Positions 1-12,799 of a stretch of DNA of 64,000 bases are shown here, piece by piece (position 1 is the first letter of the stretch; each line of letters opens with the position of its first letter). The notes under the pieces were generated by a model. It did not search any database. It saw only the letters and a program-made list of their open reading frames with translations, and was not told the DNA's origin. A program made the translations under genes and the position numbers. Origin of the DNA: Pecten maximus (taxonomy: Eukaryota); assembly GCF_902652985.1 (NCBI RefSeq), contig NC_047015.1, positions 34,410,001 to 34,474,000 on the forward strand, given 5' to 3'.

Positions 1-644
1 TACATGTATAGTCATACTAATTGCTATTTCAAAATGTAACAATTAAAATCTGCAAATATCCCCATCTTTCATTTTTGCAATAATCAATTTTCAAATTACA
101 GTAAACTATTGAAGATTCACAAATAAGCCATCCACAAACTAATACTGAAGTTTTACACCAGGGGAGGGAGCTTATTTGACGATAGATACGGTAATTATCT
201 ATTTATTAAATCATAATGTATGAATGTATCAACTCCAGACTAAGGTAGTTAATGAGAGGCTGCAATGTTAGATATTACAGCATGATCAACAGTATCATTA
301 CATGTACTACATACAGTTTACAGTACAAAAGGACAGGAGCTCTATTTAAACAATAACTCGTTCTCAAATTCTTCCTTCCATTTGGAAATAAAGATATTTA
401 TTGACAGGCCATCAACATACACTTCATAATATGATACAGATTACAACACTAAATATAAACAAGATAATGTAATACATGTAATACCCTAGAGTCTTAAAAT
501 CTGTACTTCAGTACCCTGTGAATCAGCCAATTTAATTAGATAATATACTGTACAATATAAGAGTTCAATTAGATAATATACAACATCAGCTATAGTATAG
601 AGGTCACTTCAATATGATAACCTGGATCAAACATTAGAAGTACA

Positions 645-1340
645 CACACCTGCAGAAATTTAACACAGGGTACACCTGTAGACATCTTACCCAGGGTACA
701 CCTGCAGAAATTTAACACAGGGTACACCTGTAGACAACTTACCTAGGGTACACCTGTAGACATCTTACCCAGAGTTCACCTAGACATCTTACCCAGGGTA
801 CACCTGTAGACATTACCCAGTGTACAACTGTAGATATATTACCCAGGGTACACCTGTAAACATCTTACCCAGGGTATAACTGTAGACATCTCGCCCAGGG
901 TACAACTGTAGACATCTTACCTAGGGTACACCTGTAGACATCTAACCCAGGGTACAACTGTAGACATATTACCCAGGGTACACCTGTAGACATCATACCC
1001 AGGGTACACCTGTAGACATCTTACCCAGGGTACACCTGTAGACATCTTACCCAGAGTGCAACTGTATACATTTTGCCTAGGGTACAACTGTAGACATCTT
1101 ACCCAGAGTAAACCTGTAGACATCTTACCCAGAGTAAACCTGTAGACATCTTACCCAGGGTACAACTGTAGACATATTACCCAGGGTACACCTGTAGACA
1201 TCTTACCCAGGGTACAACTGTAGACATCTTACCCAGGGTACACCTGTAGACATCTTACCCAGAGTAAACCTGTAGACATCTTACCCAGGGTACACTTTCA
1301 GTCATTTTACTCTGGGTTCACCTGAAATATTTTGTCCAGG
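645..1340. repeat. 26-bp minisatellite (CCCAGGGTACACCTGTAGACATCTTA), about 25 copies
   Basis: Directly visible tandem unit downstream of the LRMDA stop; ORF 917..1123 is its translation. Confidence 0.95.
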
Positions 1341-2421
1341 ATACACGTGCACATGGTTTTCTGATCTAGATTATAAATAAATTCATATTTACTTTCCCCA
1401 AGAGGATGGAACTGTTTAAAAATATCTGAAAACCATGCACATCATGTAATAATTTAAGTTAAGTGTATAAAATACAATGTATTTGATGGAAATTCACAAT
1501 GAATAATAGAACACAAATAACCATGAGTCTCAGGAAATCTTAACAGAATTAAAACCCCTAAACACAGTTTCCCACTCAGAACCAGATATCATAATCATAC
1601 TGCTATTTTGGTATATCACCAACTTTTATCCTCCCAATACCACACTTTTTTTCTGCAAAATGAAAATACATACACAATGTCCATTTAAAAACTCATTTAT
1701 GTGCTATTTAAGGCAACATTCATTGCAAATAATCATTTAAACAATGTCATATTCACTACTAATATGAAAAGCATTTTAAAGGCAAGCAAATTTGATGTAA
1801 CCAGTATTTTCTTTTACATCCACCCACAGGAAACTGCCATATTCAACTCTAGACTCTAAGAGAGAACATCAAATCATTTAGGTACACTCAATTGGTACTT
1901 TTATTCACCATATTCAATCATGGAAAAATAGGATGTTACCTCAATCCTCAATTACTTTTTCTATATGAATATTTAATATTCACACAACAATTAATTTGCA
2001 ATAAATATAAAAAACATCCAATATAAAATGGTTCAATGTGTATAATACTGCTATTATTTTCAAAGGGTTATTTTTTTGCTATTTCTGCTATTTTAGGATA
2101 GGTAAATTGTTAAAAAATACATACTGAAAGAAAAAAATTAAACTGAAAATTTCACAATCTTTAAACTTTTGGTAACACAGCCCAAATCTCAACTATCTGT
2201 AAAAATAGCAGACATATATATCAAAATTGAGAAACAAAAATAAAAATTCTGTCATGAACGGTACAATATCTCCTCTACATCTGATGTGAAATCGGAGGTC
2301 AATTTACTCAGCAGTGCTAGCATTTGTTCCCTGATCACAGAAAGTGAGATTTTATGTGGGTCTCCTACTTATATTAATGTTTTGGCACATCATGTGTTAT
2401 TGTTGATGTTGATATTTATGA

Positions 2422-5400
2422 CTACAAGTCATTGTTACGAATGAAACGGTTCCCTTCCGAATGCCTTCCATAATATACATACTTACTCCTTCCATATGAA
2501 CCTACAAAACATAAAAGACAATAAGCTAGATCATGGATATTTGAACAAGCATAGTGAGTATTGCTAAAAATAGAAACAGTGACCTTAACCCCAAGAGATT
2601 ATAATAAGTTTAGGGTGCTTTGTGTGTGAGAGTATAATAAGTTTAGGGTGCTTTGTGTGTGAGAGTATAATAAGTTTTAAGTGCTCTGTGTGTGTGAGAG
2701 TATAATAAGTTTAGGGTGCTTTGTGTGTGTGAGAGTGTAATAAGTTTAGGGTGCTTTGTGTGTGAGAGAGTATAATAAGTTTTAAGTGCTTTGTGTGTGA
2801 GAGAGTATAATACGTTTAGGGTGCTTTGTGTGTGTGAGAGTATAATAAGTTTAGGGTGCTTTGTGTGTGAGAGAGTATAATAAGTTTTAAGTGCTATGTG
2901 TGTATGATAGTATAATAAGTTTAGGGTGCTTTGTGCGTGAGAGTATAATAAGATTAGGGTGCTTTGTGTGTGAGAGTATAATAAGTTTAGGGTGCTTTGT
3001 GTGTGATAGAGTATAATAAGTTTTAAGTGCTCTGTGTGTGTTAGAGTATAATAAGTTTTAAGTGCTCTGTGTGTGTGAGAGTATAATAAGTTTTAAGTGC
3101 TCTGTGTGTGTTAGAGTATAATAAGTTTAGGGTGCTTTGTGTGTGAGAGAGTATAATAAGTTTAGGGTGCTTTGTGTGTGAGAGAGTATAATAAGTTTAG
3201 GGTGCTTTGTGTGTGAGAGTATAATAAGTTTAGGGTGCTTTGTGTGTGTGAGAGTATAATAAGTTTTAAGTGCTCTGTGTGTGAGAGTATAATAAGTTTA
3301 GGGTGCTTTGTGTGTGAGAGTATAATAAGTTTAAGGTGCTTTGTGTGTGAGAGAGTATAATAAGTTTAGGGTGCTTTGTGTGTGAAAGTATAATAAGTTT
3401 AGGGTGCTTTGTGTGTGTGAGAGTATAATCAGTTTTAAGTGCTCTGTGTGTGTGAGAGAGTATAATCAGTTTTAAGTGCTCTGTGGGTGTGAAAGTATAA
3501 TAAGTTTAGGGTGCTTTGTGTGTGAGAGTATAATAAGTTTAGGGTGCTTTGTGTGTGAGAGTATAATAAGTTTAGGGTGCTTTGTGTGTGAGAGAGTATA
3601 ATAAGTTTTAAGTGCTCTGTGTGTGTTAGAGTATAATAAGTTTTAAGTGCTCTGTGTGTGCGAGAGTATAATAAGTTTTAAGTGCTTTGTGTGTGAGAGT
3701 GTAATAAGTTTAGGGTGCTTTGTGTGTGAGAGAGTATAATAAGTTTAGGGTGCTTTGTGTGTGAGAATATAATAAGTTTAGGGTGCTTTGTGTGTGAGAG
3801 AGTATAATAAGTTTAGGGTGCTTTGTGTGTGAGAGTATAATAAGTTTAGGGTGCTTTGTGTGTGTGAGAGTATAATAAGTTTTAAGTGTTCTGTGTGTGT
3901 GAAAGTATAATAAGTTTAGGGTGCTTTGTGTGTGAGAGTATAATAAGTTTAGGGTGCTTTGTGTGTGAGAGTATAATAAGATTAGGGTGCTTTGTGTGTG
4001 AGAGAGTATAATAAGTTTTAAGTGCTTTGTGTGTGAGAGTATAATAAGTTTAGGGTGCTTTGTGTGTGAGAGTATGATAAGTTTAGGGTGCTTTGTGCGT
4101 GAGAGTATAATAAGTTTAGGGTGCTTTGTGTGTGAGAGTATAATAAGATTAGGGTGCTTTGTGTGTGAGAGAGTATAATAAGTTTTAAGTGCTTTGTGTG
4201 TGAGAGTATAATAAGTTTAGGGTGCTTTGTGTGTGAGAGTATGATAAGTTTAGGGTGCTTTGTGTGTGAGAGTATAATAAGTTTAGGGTGCTTTGTGTGT
4301 AAGAGTATAATAAGTTTAAAGTGCGTTGTGTGTGTGAGTATATTAAGTTAGTAACTAATGATGAGTGTCTTTGAGACTCTGTCAAAGTTCCCCAGAAGCA
4401 CAAACCTTTGTGATCGTCCACTTTTCTCTGAGATTCGGGAAGGGGTGTGTACCCACCAGAATCCTCGTCCTCTTTACCACCTTCAATTAATGTCTCAGAA
4501 GTGCCCTTAATAATCTCCATAAATGGGCCAACACGCTTAGCTTCAGCCAACTCTTCAGCTTTCACAGGCGATGAGTCCAAAAATTTCAAATTGTTTAAAT
4601 GAAACAAGACGTAATATCTGTAAACAAATTTTGAAAATTTTAAAAGGAAAATTAAATGAACAGCTATCAGTTCACAGTGAAAAAATTGTTTCATGTAAGT
4701 TATGCCTGTATCATATGAACTAAACATATGAGTTCATTCACTGGTTCAAGATGGTTCATGTAAAAACACAATGTATCGCCTGACCCTCATTTTTATCCTT
4801 AAGAAGCCCAGGGAGTCAACACATAATTTTAACATTAAGTAGGAGGTGGGCTTATAATGTATCACAATGACATTCAATTCTATATTAATCTTGAGAGTAT
4901 ACATCTCATCGTTATGATACATACGCAATTTCATAGAAAACAATTCAAGTCAGCTTGGGTAGTGCAATCCTTTGGCATATGACATTATGACATGCATCTA
5001 TATCTTATATTTATATATAATTCAATAAAGTTAAATGCATTGTAATAATGGATCAAACTATTAGTTATTAGACATATCATGTGCTAGCAATTTAACTGAA
5101 CTGGAATCACAGACGATCATAAAAATATCATCAATTCTATTTAAAAATACAAGTTAATTTCTTTATTTTGAAATAAATTGTATTAGTTATTATAGGTTGA
5201 TGAATACACAAATATTCATTCTTCTCTTAATACCATTCTGACTAAATTTGTTATGAACCTACTATTCCAGGCTTGTAAAGTATGACAACATAATGATCAA
5301 CTTTACTTCAATTCAGCTAGAAAAGTTCACGAAGCAAATCCACTGAGGGAAGAAATCTTTCCTACCTGTATCTCCTGTAATCTTCCTCGTCCTTCTCATG

Positions 5401-7396
5401 GTCAGATAACTGGTTCGGGCACGCAACGTTACCTAACATACTGAGATACCTCAGAGCAGGAAGGTTGGAGGCAAGATTCTGCAGTATGTTGCTTAAATTA
5501 CTAATCTGAAGAATGTCTTAAGGAAACAAGTTCTCCAAAAGGATAGTTAAGATAACTTTATCCCCATGACCCTCATATCTTAAATGATATTTGATTTGAT
5601 TTGTCCATCACTTTCATGTTGATATGATTTTACCAAACAGGACACTAAATATTTTCAAAAAGTAGGGGGAGACTTAAATATTTGCATCAAATGCATCTCC
5701 ACTCTCATATAAAAAAAGGACTCTTCTGTTTTTGAGGTTGATAATCACCCCATTACCAATAATTATGAAATTATTTTATATCAAATTCAGATTCCCAAAA
5801 TTTGCTATTTATTCTCCATTCAGCAATGTTTTGACAAAAAAGCCACACAATGTTTTTTTTTTTTTTTTACATTAGATTACCTACCATAAATACTTGTACA
5901 TATACTTGTACATACACATGTATGAACATTTTCTTAAAATGTAATACTGATTATATTATATATTTTCTTTTTCTTTTAAAAGGATACTTTATTTTTGTTC
6001 ATTGTAAGAGTATGTAAACTATTCAGCTTAGGAAATTGTAAATGTTCATCAAAACAATTATTGTCAAGTATTAACTCTTCCAGATTGACAAAATGTTCTA
6101 TCCCATCCAGAGATCTAAAGAAAAAAAAAGAAAAAAAGGATAACTTCCCACAAAATATAAACATCTATGATTGTTTTCTGCAGAAGCAATAAATTCATTT
6201 CCTTCATCAAGAAAAGAAAAGTGTGGTGTTCATTATATTATCATTATGATATATGATAAATACATACTCTCAACTCACACTTAAATACAGACTTACCTGT
6301 CATAAAATTATGGGTACTATAATATTTTGACTTAATGAGCTCAAAGATTTCTGTTAAGTGCATTGCTTATACAGGTTTATTTGCTTGATATCATAGGCTC
6401 ATCTATAGCTCTGCTTCTGATAGGTAAAGTTCCTTATTAGAACTACATATATACATGTATACTATTTTGATTTATCATTAACAATCATGATTATTTACAA
6501 GATATTAATCATAGAATGTTTATCTTACTGCAGTTGGTTGAAGCTCAGATCTAGTCTGCGTGTGATACTAGCGTAGTCATCAATTAGCTTTTGAGGAATT
6601 TCCTCCACATCATGTCCTATATATGCCAGCTGAAACACCCAATTTTGAAATATGTGAAGTGATGCTTATTTGTCCATTATGTTGAAGGGCTTGAGACCTC
6701 AGGTTAAAACAAAGTCATAATTCATTAAAGCCATACTTGACAAGCCTCACCTCCCCTATCTACATTTATTTGGAAGGATATTCTTGATATTTTTTTAAAG
6801 TCACATTTGTCAAAAAAATAAAGAAAAAATAAAGGCAATTTGTCTTAGTATGAAGTATTTTCTATAAACTACACATGCATGTATGTTTAATTGTGTCATG
6901 TAACTTGCCTATATAAGGAAGTAAAATGTCATTGCTTACATCATCAGCTGATCATGACAGAAACATAACCGATATACATGTACAAAAATGTATATCCATT
7001 GAAACTATTTTGGTTATCACCCATTCGATTTGTGATTCTTTTATATATCAGGGACATAGACTGTTTATAAAAAAATGTTCAAATTCTTCAGTGTATGCTA
7101 GGTTATCACACACCCAACATATCCCGTGACAAAGCCTCTGTATCTATATTGAAAACAATATTAGCTTTTGTATCGACTCAGACAAACAGAAAGTTGACTA
7201 GTCTAGATATGGTATAAGTAGGTGACAAAGTCAATTCAAAACGTAAATTCTGAGTTTTTATTAAAATGTCCATGATGAAAAAGAGTTTCCTAACATTTAC
7301 CTGGCCCTCTACGAAGGTTAATTCATCTTCCTCTGTGCCATTTCCCTCTGCTTCTTCTGACCCACTAGGTTGTTTATCATCCGCTTCGTCCGCCAT
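2422..7396 (-). CDS. LRMDA: Leucine-rich melanocyte differentiation-associated protein (LRMDA/C10orf11-like), 6 coding exons, about 251 aa
   Basis: Exons 7396-7301, 6629-6529, 6114-5988, 5505-5366, 4617-4406, 2501-2422; all GT-AG with matching phases (0,2,0,2,1). LRR motifs ([28 protein letters not shown]), [29 protein letters not shown] cap and the family-typical C-terminus [19 protein letters not shown]. Confidence 0.92.
2600..4345. repeat. 33-37-bp minisatellite (TATAATAAGTTTAGGGTGCTT(TG)n(AG)n), about 50 copies, in LRMDA intron 5
   Basis: Visible tandem unit whose length varies with an embedded TG/AG microsatellite; fills most of intron 2502-4405. Confidence 0.95.
5506..5987 (-). other. 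U12-type (minor spliceosome) GT-AG intron in LRMDA
   Basis: 5' site GTATCCTTTT at 5987; branch site TTTCCTTAAG at 5526-5517, 11 nt before the 3' end; no long polypyrimidine tract. Confidence 0.88.
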
Positions 7397-7403
7397 GTTG
7401 TGA

Positions 7404-7437
7404 ATCACGTGATGAAATGTCTAGAAGTATCACGTGG
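7404..7437. promoter_or_regulatory. Two E-box/CLEAR-like motifs (ATCACGTGAT, TCACGTGG) immediately upstream of the LRMDA ATG
   Basis: Motifs at 7404-7413 and 7430-7437; function inferred from the MiT/TFE consensus TCACGTGA. Confidence 0.45.
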
Positions 7438-8207
7438 TTGATAAAACGTCCTACAGGAAATTAGTAGCCTGATACAGTCTAGGCATGGTGACTGGGCTTT
7501 TAAATAAATAAATAAATTATATAAACACTTCGAAACATACAAATAGGACTTATTAAGTATGAATTAAATTTTTGATCAATATTTCCTAAAAGGTTAAAAT
7601 ATAGATGGTCTACATGATGTATACACGTCTCTGATTCAGTCTAGATTCTACTATGATATATTTAAACCATTCTATTATGCATATTATTTACTTCATCAGG
7701 AAAGGGCGTCAATAGTATATTTGTAACTTAATCCTTTTGCTCTTTGGTCATAAAAAATGTTTTAAAATATTATGAGGCAAATATATATATACTAAAACGT
7801 CTTTGGGAAATCAGAGACATATATACACATATGTATATATGTCTCTGGGGAAATGTAGATAAATATTAGAATTTTATTTATATCACCTTGCAATATAACC
7901 TCACAATATGACTTATGATTGATCTTTAATAAAAATGATTTGCGAATATTAGTTCATTTTACAAATGATTATATTTAATTGGGATTAAACGGATATCGCG
8001 TGTAGGTACATCTTCCGCTTTAAATCGTTTTAAGGACAGGGACACCTTAAGAAAACATTGATGTAAGGGTCACAACTTTGTTTCTAGATCCCTTTTCATT
8101 GCTTGTCATATTTAACGAATTAACTTTATAAGATAAAACACAGTTAATATCAAACACTTAGGTCATGTATGATTCTATTGTCCAAAACCTGAAATGTGCA
8201 TGTTCAG

Positions 8208-8927
8208 TATGGGGCGCCGTTTTACTATTTATTCCCATTTGGTGATATCACCTATTCCAATTGGTGATATCACCTATTCAAATAAGTGATATCACCTATT
8301 CGAATAAGTGATATCACCTATTCGTTTCATTAAGTGATATCACCCATTCGAATAGGTGATATCACTCATTCGAATAGGTGATATCACTTATTGAAACGAA
8401 TAGATGATATCACTTATAAAATTTCATAAGTGATATCACCTATTCGAATAAGTGATATCACTTTAGAATCAATACAAACGACTGCTCCCAAATAAGTATA
8501 ATGGTACAGTAGATGTTGGAATTTTCTAAATTTTATAAGTGATATCACCTATTCGAATGGGTGATATCACTTAATGAAACGAATAAGTGATATCACTCAT
8601 TCGAATAGGTGATATCACCAATTGGAATAGGTGATATCACTTATAAAATTTCATAAGTGATATCACCTATTCGTATAGGCGATATCACTCATACGAATAG
8701 GTGATATCACTTAAGAATTTTATAAGTGATATCACCTTTTCGAATGGGTGATATCACTTATTCGAATAGGTGATATCACTTAAGAATATTTTTAAGTGAT
8801 ATCACCTATTCCAATTGGTGATATCACCTATTCGAATGAGTGATATCACCTATTCGAATAAGTGATATCACCTATTCAAATAGGTGATATCACCAAATGG
8901 GAATAAATAGTAAAACGGCGCCCCATA
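8208..8927. mobile_element. Non-autonomous TIR DNA transposon (IS3EU-like MITE), 720 bp
   Basis: About 49-bp TIRs TATGGGGCGCCGTTTTACT...AGTAAAACGGCGCCCCATA; 6-bp TSD GTTCAG (8202-8207 and 8928-8933); interior built of GTGATATCAC palindromes. TAY..RTA ends with a 6-bp TSD fit IS3EU. Confidence 0.85.
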
Positions 8928-8933
8928 GTTCAG

Positions 8934-9308
8934 GGGTCATGAAATGTTCCTGTTTATTGGTCATGAAATGTATGTTTTTAGGGGTCATGAACTGTTCATG
9001 TTTACTGGTGATGAACTGTTCATATTTACTGGTGATGAAATGTACATGTTTACTGGTGATGAACTGTACATGTTTACTGGTGATGAACTGTACATGTTTA
9101 CTGGTGATGAGATGTTCATATTTACTGGTGATGAACTGTTCATATTTACTGGTGATGAAATGTTCATATTTATTGGTGATGAAATGTTCATATTTACTGG
9201 TCACGAAATGTACGTGATTACTGGTCACGAAATGTACATGTTTACTGGTCACGAAATGAACATGTTTACTAGTAATGGAGAAGGTATTTGTTTACTGGTC
9301 ACGAAATT
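8934..9308. repeat. 24-bp minisatellite (GAAATGTTCATATTTACTGGTGAT), about 15 copies
   Basis: Visible tandem unit; its first unit (from 8191) is interrupted by the MITE. Explains the four overlapping ORFs at 8890-9366. Confidence 0.92.
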
Positions 9309-9955
9309 TGTTAATGAGAATAAAATATGCAACCAACGAAAGGGAAATCGACCAACCACTATCTAGGTGTTCTTGTTCAATTTGAACTTTACAATTCTTT
9401 TGCCTCGTATTTGTAAGTGAAAACTCTTCCCGGAAAGAATTCAATACAAGTTACCCGGTACTTATTAAAAATTAGTGTACAGAGACAGTTTTAAGGTGAA
9501 AGCGGTGTATCATTTCAGAAAAACAAACTGAAATAAAAATAACCAAGAAAAGTGGTCGGGTAAAACCCTGACAATCACTATTCGGAGATACGTATTACGG
9601 TACTGATCTTGTGGATGTGAATATTGTTCTTCGATTGAGCATTACAGGTAGTATATATACGGTTTGTTTTATCTGTCTACAACACTTTTACCCAACTTGA
9701 ATGCATTTCTGTTCACATTCTCCAGTGAAAAAAAATGTCCTTATTTCAACCATTATCATGAGAGGTGGGGAGCCTGAACTATTAATGAAATATGCGGCGT
9801 CACCGACATGTCCGGATTCAGATTCTCCGGATCGACACATAGTTTGATGACATCACAATCATTGTGACGTCATAATCAATCACACGTGATTTACCCATCG
9901 CAACCACGCATATTAGCAGCGCGCTGATGATTTATCTATAATTTTCACATCTAAG

Positions 9956-11850
9956 ATGTCGTTACTGTCCCTCCCCTCGCACGGGAAGGACAGATTTACC
10001 AAAAGAGGTCGAGTACCGAACATCGGACTGCAGCATTCATTAGATAGTGCCGGTCCTGACAGGGGTATCAGACAACCAGGAGGTCTGAGTCAGTTGTCTA
10101 CAAATGCAGACGGGAGTCTGACGCGCAGAAAAGCTTTGGCACCGCTCAGCAGCGCAGAAAACGTCAAAGTCCCGATCGGAGACCCATTTAAGAAGACCAG
10201 TAAGATTCCAGGAATACCTGGAGGTAGTCTCTCTAAAACAAAGAGACATGACAGCGATGCACCAAAGAGTGCCTTTGATTTTGAACCCCCAACAAAGGAT
10301 CCATTCACAAAAGCCACAAAGGACCCCTTCACAAAAGCCGCAAAGATCCCTGGAATATTGGGAAGTGAACTCAGTCAGACCAAGAGGCATGATCATGATG
10401 AACTGAAAAAGTTTCATGGACACTGGATTACCAACAAAGGATCCATTCACAAGAGGCGTAAAGGACCCCTTCACAAAAGCCGCAAAGATCCCTGGAATAT
10501 TGGGAAGTGAACTCAGTCAGACCAAGAGGCATGATCATGATGAACTGAAAAGTGTCATGGACACTGGATTACCAACAAAGGATCCATTCGCAAAAGGCGT
10601 AAAGGACCCATTCACAAAAGCCGCAAAGATCCCTGGAATATTGGGAAGTGAACTCAGTCAGACCAAGAGGCATGATCATGATGAACTGAAAAGTGTCATG
10701 GACACTGGATTACCAACAAAGGATCCATTCACAAAAGGCGTAAAGGACCCCTTCACAAAAGCCGCAAAGATCCCTGGAATATTGGGGAGTGAACTGAGTC
10801 AGACCAAGAGGCATGATCATGTTGAACCAAAAGGTGGCATGGACACTGGATTACCAACAAAGGATCCATTCACAAAAGCCGCAAAGATCCCTGGAATATT
10901 GGGAAGCGAACTCGGCAAAACAAATAGGCATGATCAGGATGGACAACCCAGTAGTTTTGATCAAGGGCAGCGACATTCACTGGATGCGGATCAACCCTCT
11001 CTCCAGCCTGCTGGAAGCCTTAGTAAATTGTCAATGGAATCCGACGGTTCTCTTACGCGCCGGAAATCTTTGGCACCTATTGGAAGTGGAAGTGACAACG
11101 ATGTTACACCTGGAGAGTTGCTCCAGAAAGCCTCCAAAATTCAAAGTACAGTTGGAAGCAAAACAGGACACTCGAAAAAACAGAGACAAGAGATGGACAC
11201 CCGCAAAAACATCGATACACGTGTTAGCGGAAACTCTGGCGGTATGTTAAGAGATGAAGACTCCAATGGCTACTCATACCAAAGTACAGACGAGGAGGAG
11301 TTTTACAAACAGCACATACTGGCACAAGAACGGCTCCGGACACACGGTGACCAACAGCCACAAGGGCAGTCCCGTGAAACAAGGCGATGAACAGGCACGA
11401 GAGGCAAGGGAGTTAAAGGAGGGTCAGGATGTAGATCAGAACACTGCCGGAAATATCAGCAAGAAAACAAAGAAGAAAGGCAAGAAGGACAAAGGAAAAA
11501 AGAAAGAAACATCAACTGTATGGCCTAACATGTCAAGAGGACACAAGTTTGAGGATTTGCCATACTTTCGTCAAATCAGAATGAGGTACCCGGAATATCC
11601 TCACAGCGGACTGCCTGACTGGGCCAAGTACTACCCAACCCCACCGGGGTATGAGAAGATGCCTATACCCGAAATGTACCAAGGTGGACGCACACCATAC
11701 GAAATGCCTGCCGGATACGAAGAAATGTACGGGTCCGAAGGATTCCCATACGGAGGTTACGAAGGAATGCACGGGGCAGGTGGATTGCCACACGGAGGTT
11801 ATGAAGGAGTGCAATATGGTGGTCATGCCGGTGGCATGAAATACCAGTAA
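9956..11850 (+). CDS. Uncharacterised low-complexity protein (about 630 aa if two +1 frameshifts are corrected) with 47-aa tandem repeats; gene or young pseudogene
   Basis: ORFs 9956..10510, 10416..11390 and 11254..11850 join when one extra A is removed at about 10410 (shown by comparison with sister repeats) and at about 11378. GC-rich island with a 141-bp in-frame repeat. Candidate upstream donor CAG/GTAG at 9648, acceptor just before the ATG, donor GTGAGT at 11883 and acceptor at 12181. Confidence 0.6.
10275..10925 (+). repeat. 141-bp (47-aa) coding tandem repeat, about 4.5 copies
   Basis: MDTGLPTKDPF starts at 10416, 10557, 10698 and 10839 (period 141). Confidence 0.9.
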
Positions 11851-12799
11851 GGTTGTTATAAGAAGGATATCGGGGACCAGGGGTGAGTTATTTGTAATTA
11901 TCATCAAAATGGCGAAATTATATCCGTTTATGTAAAATGCGTACGCTATTATGAAATTTAAATGAGGCTAACACAGACGTTCGTATTATATAAAGACAAA
12001 TGACATCCACAAGAACCAACTTTTCATCATAGTAAGTTACAGTTTTACGAATCTCTTATATATGTTTTTTAGAATTAGAATTAGTTGATGAAATAAGCGA
12101 CCTGATTTTATATGTTTCTTCAGGATTTTTGAAGATTTGTTTTAAAGAATGCATGCATATTTTGTTTATCTCTGTTAATAGTATAAGAGGACATCAGAGA
12201 AAACACCAAAAATCAGAAAGACTGCAGTCCCCGGAAATAGTCATGACCCACAGGAAAATGATATACCGGAATCAGATGCTTTCCATTCGTGTCATCCGTG
12301 CCTCTCGGCAAGAGCGGGTTTTCCGTGCTTGTCTCAAAGTTCTGAAGATGTCTGATTGGCCATCACGGTATCAGCTGAATATCACGCAAAGTAACGTCTC
12401 AAGAAAACTTCAAAACGTAGAAACAACTGAAAAATGAAATATGCTTAAATAATTTGCAAAAATAATTTTAATTGGAAAGGGGGTGGAAAAAAACAACAAA
12501 AAAACAGGTGTAATTAAGCGTATTAATAAGCTCTGTCAATATTGTAGATATGAATATAAAATTTATCAGAAAATTGTATTACTTTACCAATATGTAAAAT
12601 GTAGTATATGTATAACTAAGTAGAAGTGGCTGGAAATGTTAAAAATAAGAACATTTGTATTTACATTGGAAAATAATTACAGTAAAGCCATTTTTGATAA
12701 TCATGGTCGATAATAGGTAGTTGTATGACTTAGAAAATTGTTGATGAATTATGCTAATCTCGGGAGGTGATAGTAGGGCTTAGGTTTTTTTTAATTGGC

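Noticed and set aside
2600-4345. TTAGGG as interstitial telomeric sequence
   Set aside because: At most one hexamer per 33-37-bp unit, never tandem.
8890-9366. Four overlapping repetitive ORFs
   Set aside because: All are frames of the 24-bp minisatellite.
10040-11907. Antisense and alternate-frame ORFs over the orphan gene (similar ones over MIOX and ADPRM)
   Set aside because: Shadow ORFs of GC-richer coding sequence with no independent support.
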